Of a stretch of 64,000 nt of DNA, positions 23,075-36,659 are shown one piece after another. The stretch's first letter is position 1. Each line of letters begins with the position of its first letter. The position numbers and the translations under genes are program-made. This DNA is from Epiperipatus broadwayi (lineage: Eukaryota; Animalia; Onychophora). The notes below the pieces were generated by a model, which was given only the letters and a program-made list of their open reading frames with translations, searched no databases and had not been told where the DNA came from. The DNA lies in contig JAQFVV010000001.1 in assembly GCA_028023455.1 (NCBI GenBank), forward strand, positions 30,504,001 through 30,568,000, given 5' to 3'.

Positions 23075-25440
23075 ATGAATCAACTCGATTGGCAACGGCA
23101 GACTACTAGGGTAAGTAATTCTATTGGAACGTTAAATCAAAGACTTTCATTTTTAAAAAAATGCCAACAGTACAATATTATTCCAAATTGCTGTAGAGTA
23201 AAAATTAACCGATGTATATATAATCACGATGCTGTTACTAGAAAAACGCAAAAATATTTGCTTGCAATTATAACAAAGGGGTATAAAAATGCTCTAAAGA
23301 AAGAAAATAAGCGATGGAATAAAATGACCCCTCTCAGAGTAATTCCCAACTACATTATTAACAAGCGTTATAAACTAGAACGGAAATTAACAATTAAATT
23401 CACGAAAAAACTAAAATTTTTGGCACGCAAGCAAAACATAGAAATAGCGCCTACCAACACAGCGGTTACATACGTAAACAGAACAACGATAAATCCTCCG
23501 GAAGAAATTAGAAACGTTCTCGAACTGGGGCCTAAGTTTATTGGGGATCAGTGGACAAGACCAAAAATGGAAATTATTGCGGATGTCGAGGCTGGGCTTA
23601 TAAACGAACCCAGCAGAGATAAAGTTAGCGAACAGGTTGTAAAAATTATTAAACATAAAAATTTACTACCCAAACATAACAATTGGAATGTTAAAATTAA
23701 TAAAACTAAACAATTTCTAGAAAGTAACTCAATTGTATGCATCAAAGAGGATAAAGGCAGTAGATTCGTCTTGATTTCAAGAGCTGAGTATACAAACAAA
23801 ATGGAGGAACAGATCAATAAACTTAAGTTCACATGCATAACTGAAAACAATAATAAAATCAACAAAGATAGATTTATATCCAATATATTAAGATCTCATA
23901 AAGATAAAACATTGTCTAGGGCTGAATATTTTCGAATATATCCATCATCTTCCATACTCCTAGAATGTTTGCCAACATAAAATTGCATAAAGAAAACTCT
24001 CCTCTTAGCTTAATGCTCGACTTTGGAGGCGTCCACTATTTCCAAACTGCAAAAATGATTAACATATGGCTTATAGATTCCCTGGGATTTGGAAACCACA
24101 CTATCAAATCTTCATTTGAATTCATGGGAAGAATAAAAAATGTTAAAATAAATTTGGAACACAAAATGACTGTATGCAATGTTAATGAACTTTATGGCTC
24201 TATTAACAGAAATAAATCCATTACCATCATCAAAGATGAATTAATTAAGAAAAATTATCCAAAAAATCGAATTGATTTTATAATAGAATTTTTGAAGTGA
24301 CTGGATAACAACATGGTTGCTAAATTTGAAAACAAATGGTATGTGATGAATGATGGTTGGCCCATAGGACTGCCTATGAGTGGAGTTGTTGCTAGTGTTG
24401 TCATAAACCATTATGAGAACCAAATTCTTCCAAAATATTTCACAATGGATCCAACTTTCATATACTCTCGATATGTTGATGATATTTTTATTGTAGCAAA
24501 ACCTTCCACCACTATTAACATACAAAATGAATTTCAAGCCATCTCAGGATTAACCCTTAGTAGAACAGAAAACAAGGAACAAGAAATAAAATACCTAGAC
24601 TTGTTAATAAAAAGAGAGAATACACACTTGGATTATAAAATGATGATTGAACCACTGCACATACGAGGTTACACAAGTCCAAAATCTAACACCCCCAACA
24701 CATATAAATGGGCAGGTATGAATGCATTCCTTTTTAGAAATCACCAATTATGTAAATATATAGCGGATAGGAAAAACAATATAGACAAATATACAAAGGA
24801 AATGACTAACATAGGCTTCAAACTTAATTCAATCAATCAGAAAATAAAAATATTTTATAAAAAACTAAGAAAGAAATTGCCTAAAGACAATATGAAATAA
24901 CCTAACAATTCCTTTTGTACCTAATGTAACACCAAATATTGCAAAAACATTGGCTAACAATTTTAAATTTAGTTTCAGAACACCTCCCAACACTAACCAG
25001 CTGATAAATAATGCTAAAGATAAAACAGATAGAGATCAAGCCCCTCATGTGGTCTATAAAATGGCATGCCCTCAATTAGGCTGCCATGCATCATATTATG
25101 GTGAAACTCGGGCTAACCTGAACACAAGAATTTATCAACATAGGTATGTCTACAATAGGGTCAAAAATGAAGGATCATCAGTATTCTGGGACCACCAAGC
25201 AGCTACAGGCCATGTATTTGAACCTAGTTCTGCCCAAATAATTTGTACAGAAAAAAATGATGCCAAAAGAAAAGTTAAAGAAGCTTTCTATATAGCAAAT
25301 GGCTTCTGCCCAAATAATTTGTACAGAAAAAAAATGATGCCAAAAGAAAAGTTAAAGAAGCTTTCTATATAGCAAATGACATTAATGCCATTAATAGAAG
25401 AGAGGCATGTTTTGCACTCTCTAAACAATGGACTAATTAA
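23075..25440 (+). pseudogene. PLE RT + GIY-YIG endonuclease ORF, disrupted
   Basis: ORF-track pieces 23075-23980, 23965-24300, 24313-24900, 24950-25372 join into one protein. Lesions: frameshift ~23955, in-frame TGA 24298-24300, frameshift ~24900, and a 76-bp tandem duplication (25228/25304). The original stop is TAA 25438-25440 inside the 3' pseudo-LTR. Confidence 0.9.
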
Positions 25441-25475
25441 AAATTCAAACGCATTTGCATAATCATAACAATCGT

Positions 25476-25537
25476 TAGTTACAAAGCTATGAGTATGAGA
25501 TTCAAACATGAAATCTCGAAAGTGCTTAGCAAAGCTA
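25476..25537 (+). ncRNA. Second copy of the hammerhead-like motif (3' pseudo-LTR)
   Basis: Identical to 22908-22969 except AGCGCT>AGTGCT in the palindrome. Confidence 0.6.
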
Positions 25538-25737
25538 TTATAAATTAGAGTAAAATTATAGCTTCACTATTTAATGCGAAAAAAAAAGTCGCATACTTAT
25601 AATAATTTTATTTAAAAATAGGGATTTTTAATTAAATTGCTATTAATTAATCTGTAGGATACATCTGGAATCCACAATTGCTAGTTATAAAACTAAGTAT
25701 GGAGTTTTTGATCAAAGACATTAATGTTATCATAATT

Positions 25738-26330
25738 CATCATCATCATCAACTATTATCAATCCACTGCAGAATGAAGGTCATCCAAGTTCAATCCATC
25801 TTCAACCTTTAGTTTCTCTTCTCCACATCATCCCTGCACCCTTTCTTATTTCATTCATTTCACATGTGGTCTCTTTCTGGATCTTTTGCAATCTCTTGGA
25901 ATCCAGTTTAAGATTTCTATTGTCCATCTACTATCATCTCTTCTAGCAATATGTCCATCCCAACTCCACTTGACTTTGAGTGGTCTGAAGTCTCTGCATT
26001 GCTCTTCTATTAAATGTCCACGTCTCAGCATAAGTAAGAACTGGTAAAGCACATTTATTAAAAACCTTTTCAAACTCATAGACACATTTCCTTTTAGTAT
26101 CAAATTATTTCTACCAAAAGCATTCCAACCATTAATTTCATCCATTATGTTTCCATAATTTATTAATAATCTGACCAAGAAATTTGTAGCTGTTAACTTC
26201 TTCTAACTCATCATAATCAATCTTTGTTTTCATATTTTGAGAAAATTCATTGAATATTACTTTAGTCTTTTTAACATTTATCTTTAGTCCTACTACTTCT
26301 GCAACATTTCCTGTAGCTTTAAAGCATTGC
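25738..26330 (-). mobile_element. 5'-truncated, older copy of the RTE family found at 49687-52979
   Basis: Reverse complement aligns with ~52245-52980, including [35 protein letters not shown] and the (GAT)n-type tail; has internal deletions. Confidence 0.9.
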
Positions 26331-28401
26331 CATGATTACATAAATATATTTATTAGATGATTACAATCTAGACATTGAGATGTGAGTTGAATTTAGAAGA
26401 ATAAAGATTAATTACAAAATAAACTAGTAACTTTGTATGTTAGTGAATGTAAATTTTTGTATGATTTCTAATCAGTCATTGAAAAATATTTATTTAAATT
26501 AGAAACCAGTGTTCAAACATATTAAATTATAGGGCTGCTATTTCTAGAATAACTGGATAAAAGTATAAATTTGTCAATTTCTTACCACTATCATAAACAG
26601 GGAAAAAAGTATATATATTGTATATTTTACATTTCCAAATTTCAGCTATAACTTTGAGATTTATTTAATCAAAGCCTTTTACATTACATAACTTTATGTT
26701 TTATTTCATTAATATGTTAAACTTATTATTATTTATTTTCTTACTTAGTCTCACTTATTTTTTTACATTTATTTGTTTGTTTATGTTCTAATTTTGTACT
26801 ACTTGAATAAATATTTCTTGGGTCTTTTTTTTTTATTAAACTAATTATGTGTTAATTATTTATTGCTTTATCTATATGCCATGTGATATTTAAGTGTTAA
26901 AATTTTCCATAAAAATCATAAAGTTTGGCAATATATTTCAGCAGATTTTTATGTATGCATTAAAATTTTGATATATACATTTCAGAATGGTTGTTATTAT
27001 GTCAACATTGTAATCAATCCCAATTTTAGATTTAACCCCACTGCAATATATATGTCTGAAAAGATTTAGTGGAATAACAAAGTACAAGGAGGTTTATAGT
27101 TTTATTGAGATATCAAGTCCATAAGAAGCTGAGGGAAATTAATGGAATCTGTCATGTGCAAAGACTATGTAAAAATGATACTAGATATTTGATGAAAAAA
27201 TAAATATTTTAAAATCTTGATCTGGTTATCTGACAGAAGTCCTTTCAGAGCCTTAGTGTTTTTTGGATAAAATTTCTATCAGTAATTTTACAACATTCAG
27301 AAAGTGTTATGCTTTCTGCTTTAAAAAGTGTATAAAAGTTTTTTTTGTCTGTGTGGAGTTATAATCACACAGCAAAAATGGTCAGAGAGACTGTTTTATT
27401 GCTTATCAATCCTCCTATTTGAACTTCAATTCACTTAGCTTCTTTAGAACTGTTGACTGATGTGCCAGCTTTATTCAATAACTTTTTGTTTATATGCTTT
27501 GACTTTGTGATAAGAAGATGATGATTCATTGATAGTTATATCTACATTTTTATTTATATGTTAATTTTGCTGCATGGTTCCAGTAACATTTCATTATTTG
27601 TAAACAAATAATTTTGTAGTAGTCATATGATTTTACATTTAGGTAGATTTTACCTAAGAAAATGAAATCTTTTTTTATAATGTGAAAGGTAAGACAGATA
27701 ATAAAAAGAGCATTGTTATTATTAATATTCTACATTGCTCTAAATTTTTTATCTTTTTTTTTTTATAGCTATATCATGTATAGAATGTAGACCATTTACA
27801 GCTGACAAGTATTTGGATTAATTTATTCATCTTTGTTACTTTCTCTTCATTCAATATACACAGATCTCTGCAAGGAAAAATTTGTATAGAGTTACTTGGG
27901 AAAACAAAAATGCTATTAATCATTCAATTTTCTGATGCTTTGGTCTAATGAATTGTCATAGATACTTCATGTTATATGCAGTTTTATTGGAAATTTTATA
28001 CAGAATGTAATGAACCTATTACTAAATAAAAATTAAAATCTATCTAATAAAAGTGAGAAATTCTGAAGAAACATAAAAATAATTTTTAAAAATGTTAAAA
28101 TTTTTATTATTATTATTTTAAATGTATAATGACTATATTTTTCCAATTTTATTACATTCTTTGATATTTTATCTTTCTAATAATGTATAAAACTACATGA
28201 TTAAGTTATCATAAAATGTGTATCTTATATCAATTCTCCAAAAATCCAATATTGGTGCTGACTGAATGAAGCAGTTGAAATATGATAATTGATTTTATAG
28301 TTTTATTTTAGAAACATGTTTGCTTTGGGTTATGTATGTAAAACATTTTTTTAATAATATTTTTTTGTTTATTTAGTCTTGTGATTTCTAGATCATCTTT
28401 T

Positions 28402-29266
28402 TCAAGACTTCTTATATTCTATGCAAAGCAGAGCACACTTTACTGAATAAATACTTCCATCCTCACTTAAATTAATTTCTTCAAGTACTGGAGGTTCATA
28501 ATCAGAATCTTTATCATAAGAATCTACAGAACTTTCATTTTGTTGAAGTTTAGCCAGCATACTTGTTGCAGCTATATTAAAAGAAGTATTGTTATTTCTA
28601 AATATAAATCCTGAAAATGTTTTTGTTATTGCAATAGTGGAATGTGTAGAATCCTTTTTCTCACTATCAATTGTTATATTTGATGTATTGTGTGGTTTTA
28701 TATTATCTGCATTTGTTTTAGATGACATTTCTATTGATTTTAAATGGTTATCATAATCCTTGAAAAATGGAGTTAGATTACAGTAAAAAAATTTATCAAC
28801 ATGCCATCTAATCCAATCAGAAACACTTTTATTTAAAGCTTCAAGTTGTTTATAATATTCAGAAGAGTGAAATGATTTTCATGAAGCAATTATATCGACA
28901 ACTGAATTAGATTTGGAAGTAGTTTGACCATTCATAATAAATGGTGAAATTGATTATTTGATGCATCACTATTAATATTATTCCTATTATTTTATTTTAA
29001 TGAACTAAAAATTACATTTGTTGTTAGTATATTTTGTTTATTTGATAGTGCTTTTGAAGTTAAAGAAAAAGTAGTGAAAACTGATTTTCCAGAAGTATTA
29101 TCATTATCCATAACAGATGCATGAAATCGTCTGACTGCTTTTTTGATTTTTCTTCACTTTAATTAATGTATCTTTACTAGCCTTCCAAAAAAACACCAGC
29201 TTCTTCTTTAATATCTTCTTCCGAATTATCTTATGTTAACTGTTTATTGGCACCTCATTTCACTTT
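28402..29266 (-). pseudogene. NUP50: Processed pseudogene of nucleoporin Nup50
   Basis: Intronless minus-strand frames with stops and shifts: GANKQLT*DNSEEDIKEEAGVF..KASKDTL..RKIKKAVRR (N-terminal domain), EYYKQLEALNKSVSDWIRWHVDKFFYCNLTPFFKDYDNHLKSIE (cf. Nup50 YHKQLAALNCSVRDWIVKHV...CDLTPIFKDYE), and DYEPP...EDGSIYSVKCAL (start of the Ran-binding domain). Confidence 0.85.
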
Positions 29267-29889
29267 CACTGATTTTTTTTTTCTAGGCAAATATTAATCT
29301 AACTTTTAACTTTTTTTAAAAAAAAAATTCTGGAGGGGGCAAGAGCGTCTCATTTACAAAATCATTCCATAATATGTGTTTAGAATTTATTCTTTTTATA
29401 TATTTTTTCTGTGCTTTTGCTAGTCATTTTTATTTTTAGAGACCAACTTTTTAAATATAATAAATCTAATTATTTTAGGCATCATATTATTTAAAATATT
29501 TATCTGTGCTATGGTAATGTGCTTGTTTATCTAAGTTCTATTAGTGGAATGAAATAATTGCTTGCACAATTGACTTTTTTGTCATTAAGGAAAAAAGCTA
29601 ACAACAAATATTCTTTATTGAATCATGGAGTTTGCCCTATCTCATTCATTTTGAAAGAGATTGTCTTATTAAAATAAAATAAAAAAGTAAATAATAAATG
29701 GAAATAAAATAGCTTAAATAGTAATTGAAGAAAAGTAATATTTGCTGCAATTTTTTTCCTGTTATTATTTTTTATTATTTTGTCTATTGATTAGTTCACT
29801 GTTAAAGTTTTTTGTTGCTTCAGATTGATTATCATGTAATAAATAGTCTTGGTTTTTAAATGTCAGCTGAGAAGCCTGATTTAAGAGAT

Positions 29890-30349
29890 TACTTCTATCA
29901 TTTCCCATGCACATTAATTTAAGAAATGGATGTAATAAAAGAATATTAATCTATTATATTGGAGAGTTTTTGCTAAAAATATTCCCAGAAAATAGAAAAG
30001 TTTGATAACTTTGTCTGAATGAAAATGATCTGGAGGCAAAGGAGCACAAAATAAACTTCCAGCTTGCTGCACATAATGCTATGACCAATATCAATCTCTC
30101 TTTCCAATAAATCATGTACATCATCATCATACTATCATTTTCCTAAATTCTTCCTCTGTAATTCAGCTTCCACTAGAGCATAAAATTCTAATGTTAGGCT
30201 AAGTCCTGTACTTTCATCCTGAAACTCGACCTCAATAATACTTTTTATTCAGCATGGATTTTTATAACCTGCATAGGCCAATTCAGAAGTTTTTCAACTC
30301 TAAGTATAGTAACTTATTCATGTTTTAATCTCAAACTCTATGTTCATGG
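29890..30349 (-). pseudogene. HECTD1: HECTD1 E3 ligase retrocopy, downstream piece (start of HECT domain)
   Basis: Broken frames: [111 protein letters not shown]. These match remembered HECTD1 in order, with no introns. Confidence 0.85.
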
Positions 30350-32469
30350 TATAACGGTCGTGGAAATAGAGTCTTACCATATCTGCGCTACAGGGTGCCA
30401 CCAGGCTATTGGGACCTGGAAAATTTATATAATAGGCAGATACGCGCTGTTAAAGATCCAATTTTTATTTTATATCGACTGTCAGCCCGTGCCACTAGCT
30501 CGCAGAGCAGCAGAGATAATATATATATATTATTTATTTAAATATATCTTCAATATTAAAAAAAAATAAAAGCCACTGCCAGTAATAACACACAAAAAAC
30601 ATTTTTTAACGCACATATATAAACATTTAAAATTGAGGAATAAAATTTATCTTTAGATTTTAATATTAATTTTTAAATTTAAATTACTATTTTTAAACAG
30701 ACCGCACAGGTGGACATTTTAATGAATTTTATTTTAGCGTGTTGAGTATAGATAGACTACATAGATTACTCAGTTAAAACTTTTCAAAACAATAGTTCAA
30801 TCTCAGACTAAAAGTTCGTAGTCAAACCAATGCCTATTTCCAGATATATAGTCGCAACCAATGCAATATGAAGATGTTAGCATAAAACCACGCTGACAGG
30901 AATGTGCATCTGAAAGCGTGATATTATTTGAAGGACATGATCCTCATCTAATACAGGAATGTGCATCTGTCTGGTGAAGGAATCATGTATATAAAATAAT
31001 TAAAGAGAAGTGCTAAGTATGGGGGACAGCGATCTATCTGCCGACTTATTGTCCCTATCCATAGAGCTAAAAAGGGGGTCAATGGCGCAGGAAATACGTC
31101 TGCATCCATTGCAATGCAATGACTACATCTTTGGGTCATGCATTCAGTTGGGCACATTGCCCTGTATGCTAAACACACTTCACATTACATTGATATAAAC
31201 ACCCATATATCCCTCCACCAGCATCAACCTAACTACAAAACAAATAGCCTGAAATAAAAGCCCTTTAAAATAAACATAAACAATTAAAATATAAAGTTAT
31301 TGATGGAATTGCAGAAGGAAATTTACAATAAACCCAATGGCATTCATCATAAGATGCCGCATTGACACCAATAGCTTAAAAGATATACGAATAAATACAT
31401 TTTTAGATACTCAACATGAGGTATCGTATTCACCAAATATCTATATATTTTAATCAATATGAAAATAAAAAAAATAATTAAACGTTAACGAATCTATGCA
31501 GCCATCTACACCCAACTTAAATTTAATATATTTAAATAATTTAGTCACTAAATATTAATAAATAAATAAAAAATGGAAATGATTAAATCAGCAAACTCAA
31601 AATATTTAAAATTAAACATCAATAATTGATTTTGAAATCTTATGTCAGATTAAAGTACATTTTAAAAATTAGATTTAGCTTGTCAAATCTTAACGAAAGT
31701 TCTTGATTACTTTTTTTTTAAATTTCACAGTTCATATCTTACAGTAGAAGAGCTCCCAGTTCCTGGTGCCAATTCCCTTGAAGTCTTTATTGAAAGACCG
31801 GTCTGTTGTTCTGAAGGTGGCCTTAGCTGTTTTAATTCTGGTATTATTTAATTGCAGAACCCATGTGATTCGGGGTCTGCAACAGTACCATTCATAATTC
31901 AACAGTCATTTGATTTGAAATAAGTGAGAGAGTGACAAGTGCATCTTATCATCCTTCTCAAAAAATCAAGCTGGAACTGTTCTTAATTTGTATATTTTTC
32001 TTTTTATAGTAATCCTCCAGATTCATTGAACATAGTTTTCTGTTCCAATCATTTTCATTAAGGTCTGAGCATTGGTTTGCTTCTTCTATTGGACATCTAT
32101 TTTTTTTTGTTCTCTTATCTATATCTTTCATCTGACTTTTTTATATAAGAGCCCCATGGGCTAGTTTGCTTTTTTATTTAATTTAAAAGAACAATCATTT
32201 CCATTTTGAGATTACCCATTTTCATTATGTTACTTTAAACAAATATTAATCTTTATTTTTTTTTTTTTTTTTTTTATAAAAAAAAAAAAAAATACGTTCA
32301 AATACTTTTTTTTGTTTTAAAATGAAAAAATACTTTTAAAGTTTTGCATCTGTGCGAATATATATACGTTTAACAACTCTTTTTAATTTTAGCTTTTAGT
32401 TTTTAATTACAAACTTAAGTTTTTATTTTATTTTTAAATTAATGTAATTGCATATTGTATACGGTTACA
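30350..32469. mobile_element. 2.1-kb insertion, probably a Gypsy-type solo LTR (possibly composite)
   Basis: Interrupts collinear HECTD1 sequence. Ends TATAACGG...CGGTTACA (TG..CA-like with one change). 4-bp flanks ATGG (30346-30349) / ATGA (32470-32473). Locally CpG-richer. Confidence 0.55.
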
Positions 32470-32745
32470 ATGAGTAGCATCTCTTCAAAGTGATGGACCT
32501 TTCTTCCATTCTATACTTGCACTCATTGATTTTGAAGCCATATAATAGCCATAGATGTCTCAAAAGCTATACAGGTAAAAATATCAGGTTTAAATGGGAA
32601 AAGCATTGGACAAGAATATGTACACCATTCAAGCAAAACATTTGATGATAATACTAGTAGATCTTGAATTTGTTGAAATAATTTATTTATCTTTTTGTTA
32701 TAAAATTTTTCTGGTGGACATTTGAATAATTGAAATTGTTCATCA
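32470..32745 (-). pseudogene. HECTD1: HECTD1 retrocopy, upstream piece
   Basis: DEQFQLFKCPPEKFYNKKINKLFQQIQDLLVLSSNVLLEWCTYSCPMLFPF..FTCIAFETSMAIIWLQNQ matches the HECTD1 segment directly preceding the 29890-30349 piece. Confidence 0.85.
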
Positions 32746-34185
32746 ACATAAATATGTCTTGGTCCTAGGTTGAAGAGATGGATTGAAGGAAATTTCTAAA
32801 TTTAATTGAAAATAAAAAAGTCTTATTTGAAAAAAGAAATATGTTAAATTGTTTTTTGATAACAAGTTGTTTTATTTTTATGTTTTGGGAAGTTATAGAT
32901 TGAGAAATTATAAAAGATATCTATGAACTTAAAAATTTAGTTATTAATTGCAGTGATAATCAGAGTGAAAGAAGATCCTGTCTAAGAATGGGGCAAATAA
33001 ACTGATTTACTATTCCTAGTTTTATCCACATTTCTGCACTGATAATCATATAAGATCTGGTGTCTATCTTTTTTAAACAATAAATAAGATGGGCAGAAAC
33101 GTTACCAAGAGCTTATCTCAAATTTAAATTACTAGCTACATGGAAAGCTTATTGAGAATTATATATGAAGAATATAGAAAACTATTTATGATTTAATAGC
33201 CATAAAAATTCAATGGATTTATATTTTTTATATAGAATAATGTTAATCTAAATTATAAAAAAAAATACCATTTAAAAGATGAAAAATTATTAAACTTACC
33301 TAGACAATTTTTATGCAAGGGAAATCTATTGTCAAACTAAATGTTAAATATACTTACAGTTTTTTATATTAATATCCTAGGTAAATGATTTCAGAATTCT
33401 GTTTGCTTGGTTAATTTAGGCAATTTTAATATACATGTCTATATATTTGATATTCTTGATATATATATTTATATTTGAACCAGTATTATAAATACGATGA
33501 TAATGTTATATACATTGTATCAATACATACTATTTTAATTATGCATTGTCTCAAAAAAAATGTAAATAAACAAAAAAATTAAAGCTTTAAAATTCATAAA
33601 TTTAATAAATTTTACAATATTGCAGCAACCAATTTTTCTTTTTGGAGCATTATACCTGATCACTTTTATTAATATTTCATCAAATTAAGTTGAAAATACA
33701 TAAATTTTATATTTCCTCTGATAGAGTACAATATTCATGTAATAAAATGTTTTTAAGCATAGAGCTGAAAATTGCATAAAATGTAATAATTATAAAATAT
33801 TCATGTAGTGTATCAGAAAGCTTAGATTGAAAAGTTTCTGAAAATCTGAACTGGATAATGGCAAGCAAGTCTGACTGACTTTAAAACTTCAGAACAAATA
33901 AAAGGCCATTGCGTGTTGATAATGAAACTATTATTAACATTTTCATAGAGATAAAAAAAAGTTATTGAAGAGAAAGATATTAACCAGTGTGTATAAAAAT
34001 AAAGATATGGTATAGTATAAGTTTTTTTTTTATTTTTTAACTGAATGTGAATGAATGGATGCATACATAATAATTATACATGTAAATGTACTTTCTCAAT
34101 TTATTATTAATAATTTTTTTTAATTTTTTTTATATTTTAATCTTAATTTATATATACATGCTATGCCCCTAAAAAGTGTCTGTTT

Positions 34186-34216
<31 letters not shown>

Positions 34217-35189
34217 ATGGTAAAAAAAAATACTATATACTTGCATTTAATAAACAATATGTAAAATTATAATCAAAGCTTGTCAATAAAATGTAATCTT
34301 TACATACAATGTAAACTATACATGAAGGGGGCTTGGAACAAAATATAGCAGATATCATAAATCCATTATATGCATTAAATTGGAATAGTTTTAATAAGAA
34401 AGTAGTATGAGATGAATTAGAAATTGGAAACAATATGAACCTGGAATTATATCTTAATTAACTCTTTTATATATATAACTTTTTTTGTACAAACAAATAT
34501 TTATCTAATATTCAGATGTATTTTTATTATTATATAAATTTGTCATTATTATTAATTTCACATATAGTAAACACATGTTATTTAAAAATAGTTCTATTTT
34601 TATTGTCGATTCATTTATTTTATGTATATAAGTGGTAATATAATTTAATAATATATTGATCTCTTGTTTTTATAAGCTGATGAAATTTGTTATTATTAAC
34701 CGAATTCTTATTTGCAATAATTAATCAGACTTACAGATTAATTGCCTTATTCAGAAAGTAGAAAACATTCCTGTATAAATATTTTTATTCTTTCTAGTGA
34801 TGTTGTATAATCAAGAATATATATGCATATCCTTAAACCCTCTGATTCTAGTAGTATGATAGATTTATTTATCAAAGAGGAAGAACTTGATTATGATCAT
34901 TTTATAATGTTATTAAGATCCAATTCTATACTGTTACTTATTTGGCAGCCCAAGGAGAAGTTATTGGTTTTTTTAAACCTACTATATATAAATTGGCATG
35001 CTAATATTAGACTTTTATATATTTCTATTCCATGAAGAAAGAGTAGCCTAAAAGATTAAATTATAGTTGATTCAGACAGTCATTATATATTTATATATGT
35101 TGGAGACAGAAAATAAAATAGCATTAAAAGGGGGAGATATAAATAAATTTTAAATAATAATTTAACTATTGAGTTGATTGACATTAGAG

Positions 35190-36450
35190 ACATTTATGAA
35201 AAAGTCAAGATGCAGAAAGGAAATGGATGATACAATAAATAAATAAAGAACCATAATTCGTTTTTATGAGATAGAAAGTCAAAGTTAAATACAAAAGATG
35301 AAAATTAGAAATGAATACTGAGAAGTACCTTACTAGCCAGTTTGATGAATTTCAGTATTTACAAATATATAAATAAAATGTTCAGAATAAAGACACAGTG
35401 AATAAGAGAGGTGAAAAGATTGAGTTAATTGATAAAGAGAAAGAACATCTAAAATGAGAAAGAAAAGAAAAAATACTGACAAGAAAGGAATGATAAGAAA
35501 TACAATGAAGAACCCAGGGAAAAGATGGATAAAATAAGCCAAAAAATAAATATATATTAAAAAAGAAGAAGTACTGAAATAAAAAAAAATTCTGTCCAGA
35601 ATGGGATGAAAAATAAAGAGAGCACGAGAAAGAAAACAAAGGAGAAATACTAGAATTAAGAAGAAAATAACAAAAAATTCTATGAAACAATGATAAAAAA
35701 AGAAAAATTCATAAAGAAATTTTGAAAGAAAATAGAAAGTCCAATGAAATAGTCCAAATTGTTATGGAAACTGTAAAAAATAGAATGTTACAATGTTGTA
35801 AGCTTTGTGACTACAAAAGGTATGAATTCAACTGAAGTATATGAAATAGATCTAAACATTACTGCAAAAAATGAATAACAATCTTAGGTTGGAATAAGTA
35901 ATGGAAATAAGTGCATAACAGTAGTGATATTATAGAAGAGTTTAAAAGGAATGTAACAAAATGCAAAAGCTATAAAAAAAAATCCAAAACTAATGCTGAA
36001 ACTAAAAGAATATTCTCATATATGGTTGTTGAAGATTCTACACTTGCTGCAAAGATTGTAGCAGAAATTAAAATAAATGTAGAAGTCATGGAAAAATACA
36101 AAACTAATGCAGTAAATATGAATAAGTATAAAGTTGAAGAAAAGACTTGATGAATTTTATGCAATAAACAGATTGTGAAAAAAATAAAATATAGATACAA
36201 ATAGATGACAAGCTGAAAGTCGAACAAGAAAGAGAAGAGAAAACAAAAACAGTATTGGAAAGAGGAAGAAAATTGAAAAAGTCATAAAAATTTATAGAAA
36301 TGATGCAAAGAATGGTGAATTCAAAATTATATGAAGATGGAAAACCAAACCAGATAAGGATAGCATAAATAAATATAAACTTTATATGAATAATATAGAT
36401 AAAGTACCAAATAAAATAAAAGTTCTAGAAAGCTTAAAGTGATAGAGGAT
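35190..36450 (+). mobile_element. Very decayed Lys/Glu-rich reading frame, possibly a LINE ORF1 (gag-like)
   Basis: Strong purine skew on +, with broken frames such as MVVEDSTLAAKIVAEIKINVEVMEKYK. No diagnostic motif intact. Confidence 0.3.
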
Positions 36451-36659
36451 ATCATAAAAGACAAAACTTGATGGTAATGTTATAGATAAATTCATTTTGT
36501 TTTTACTGTTATAGATTTGGTGTACCAAATAGGGAAATTAATTATACATGAACATCATCATAGAAAATATCATAAAAGACAAACCTGACAGTGATGTTGA
36601 ATTTAAAACTGATATAGATAAAACCATTTTGTTTTTAGTGTGATAAATTTGTAATTAGA

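Larger units (their letters stand above)
22843..25599 (+). mobile_element. Near-complete Penelope-like retroelement (Penelope/Poseidon-type layout) with direct pseudo-LTRs
   Basis: Pseudo-LTRs 22843-23032 and 25411-25599 differ by 2 substitutions and 1 A in a run. Between them is one broken ORF with PLE RT motifs (PRMFANIKLHK, GWPIGLPMSG, YSRYVDDIF) and a C-terminal GIY-YIG (VVYKMACPQLGCHASYYGETRANLNTRIYQH). Confidence 0.95.

Noticed and set aside
24298-24300. In-frame TGA in the PLE RT (FLK*LDNN) near a position that is often Cys, suggesting selenocysteine as reported for some Naiad PLEs
   Set aside because: The ORF has other lesions, the domain order is not Naiad-type, there is only one TGA, and the ATGA..AA..GA spacing in the pseudo-LTR does not fit a SECIS; TGG>TGA decay is simpler.
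23411-25509. Minus-strand ORFs overlapping the PLE (and similar ones at 50424-53267 over the RTE)
   Set aside because: Antisense shadows of the coding strand, with no motifs of their own.
28402-28728. The 108-aa ORF as a novel standalone gene
   Set aside because: It is the uninterrupted tail of the NUP50 retrocopy; upstream sequence in the same homology carries stops and frameshifts.
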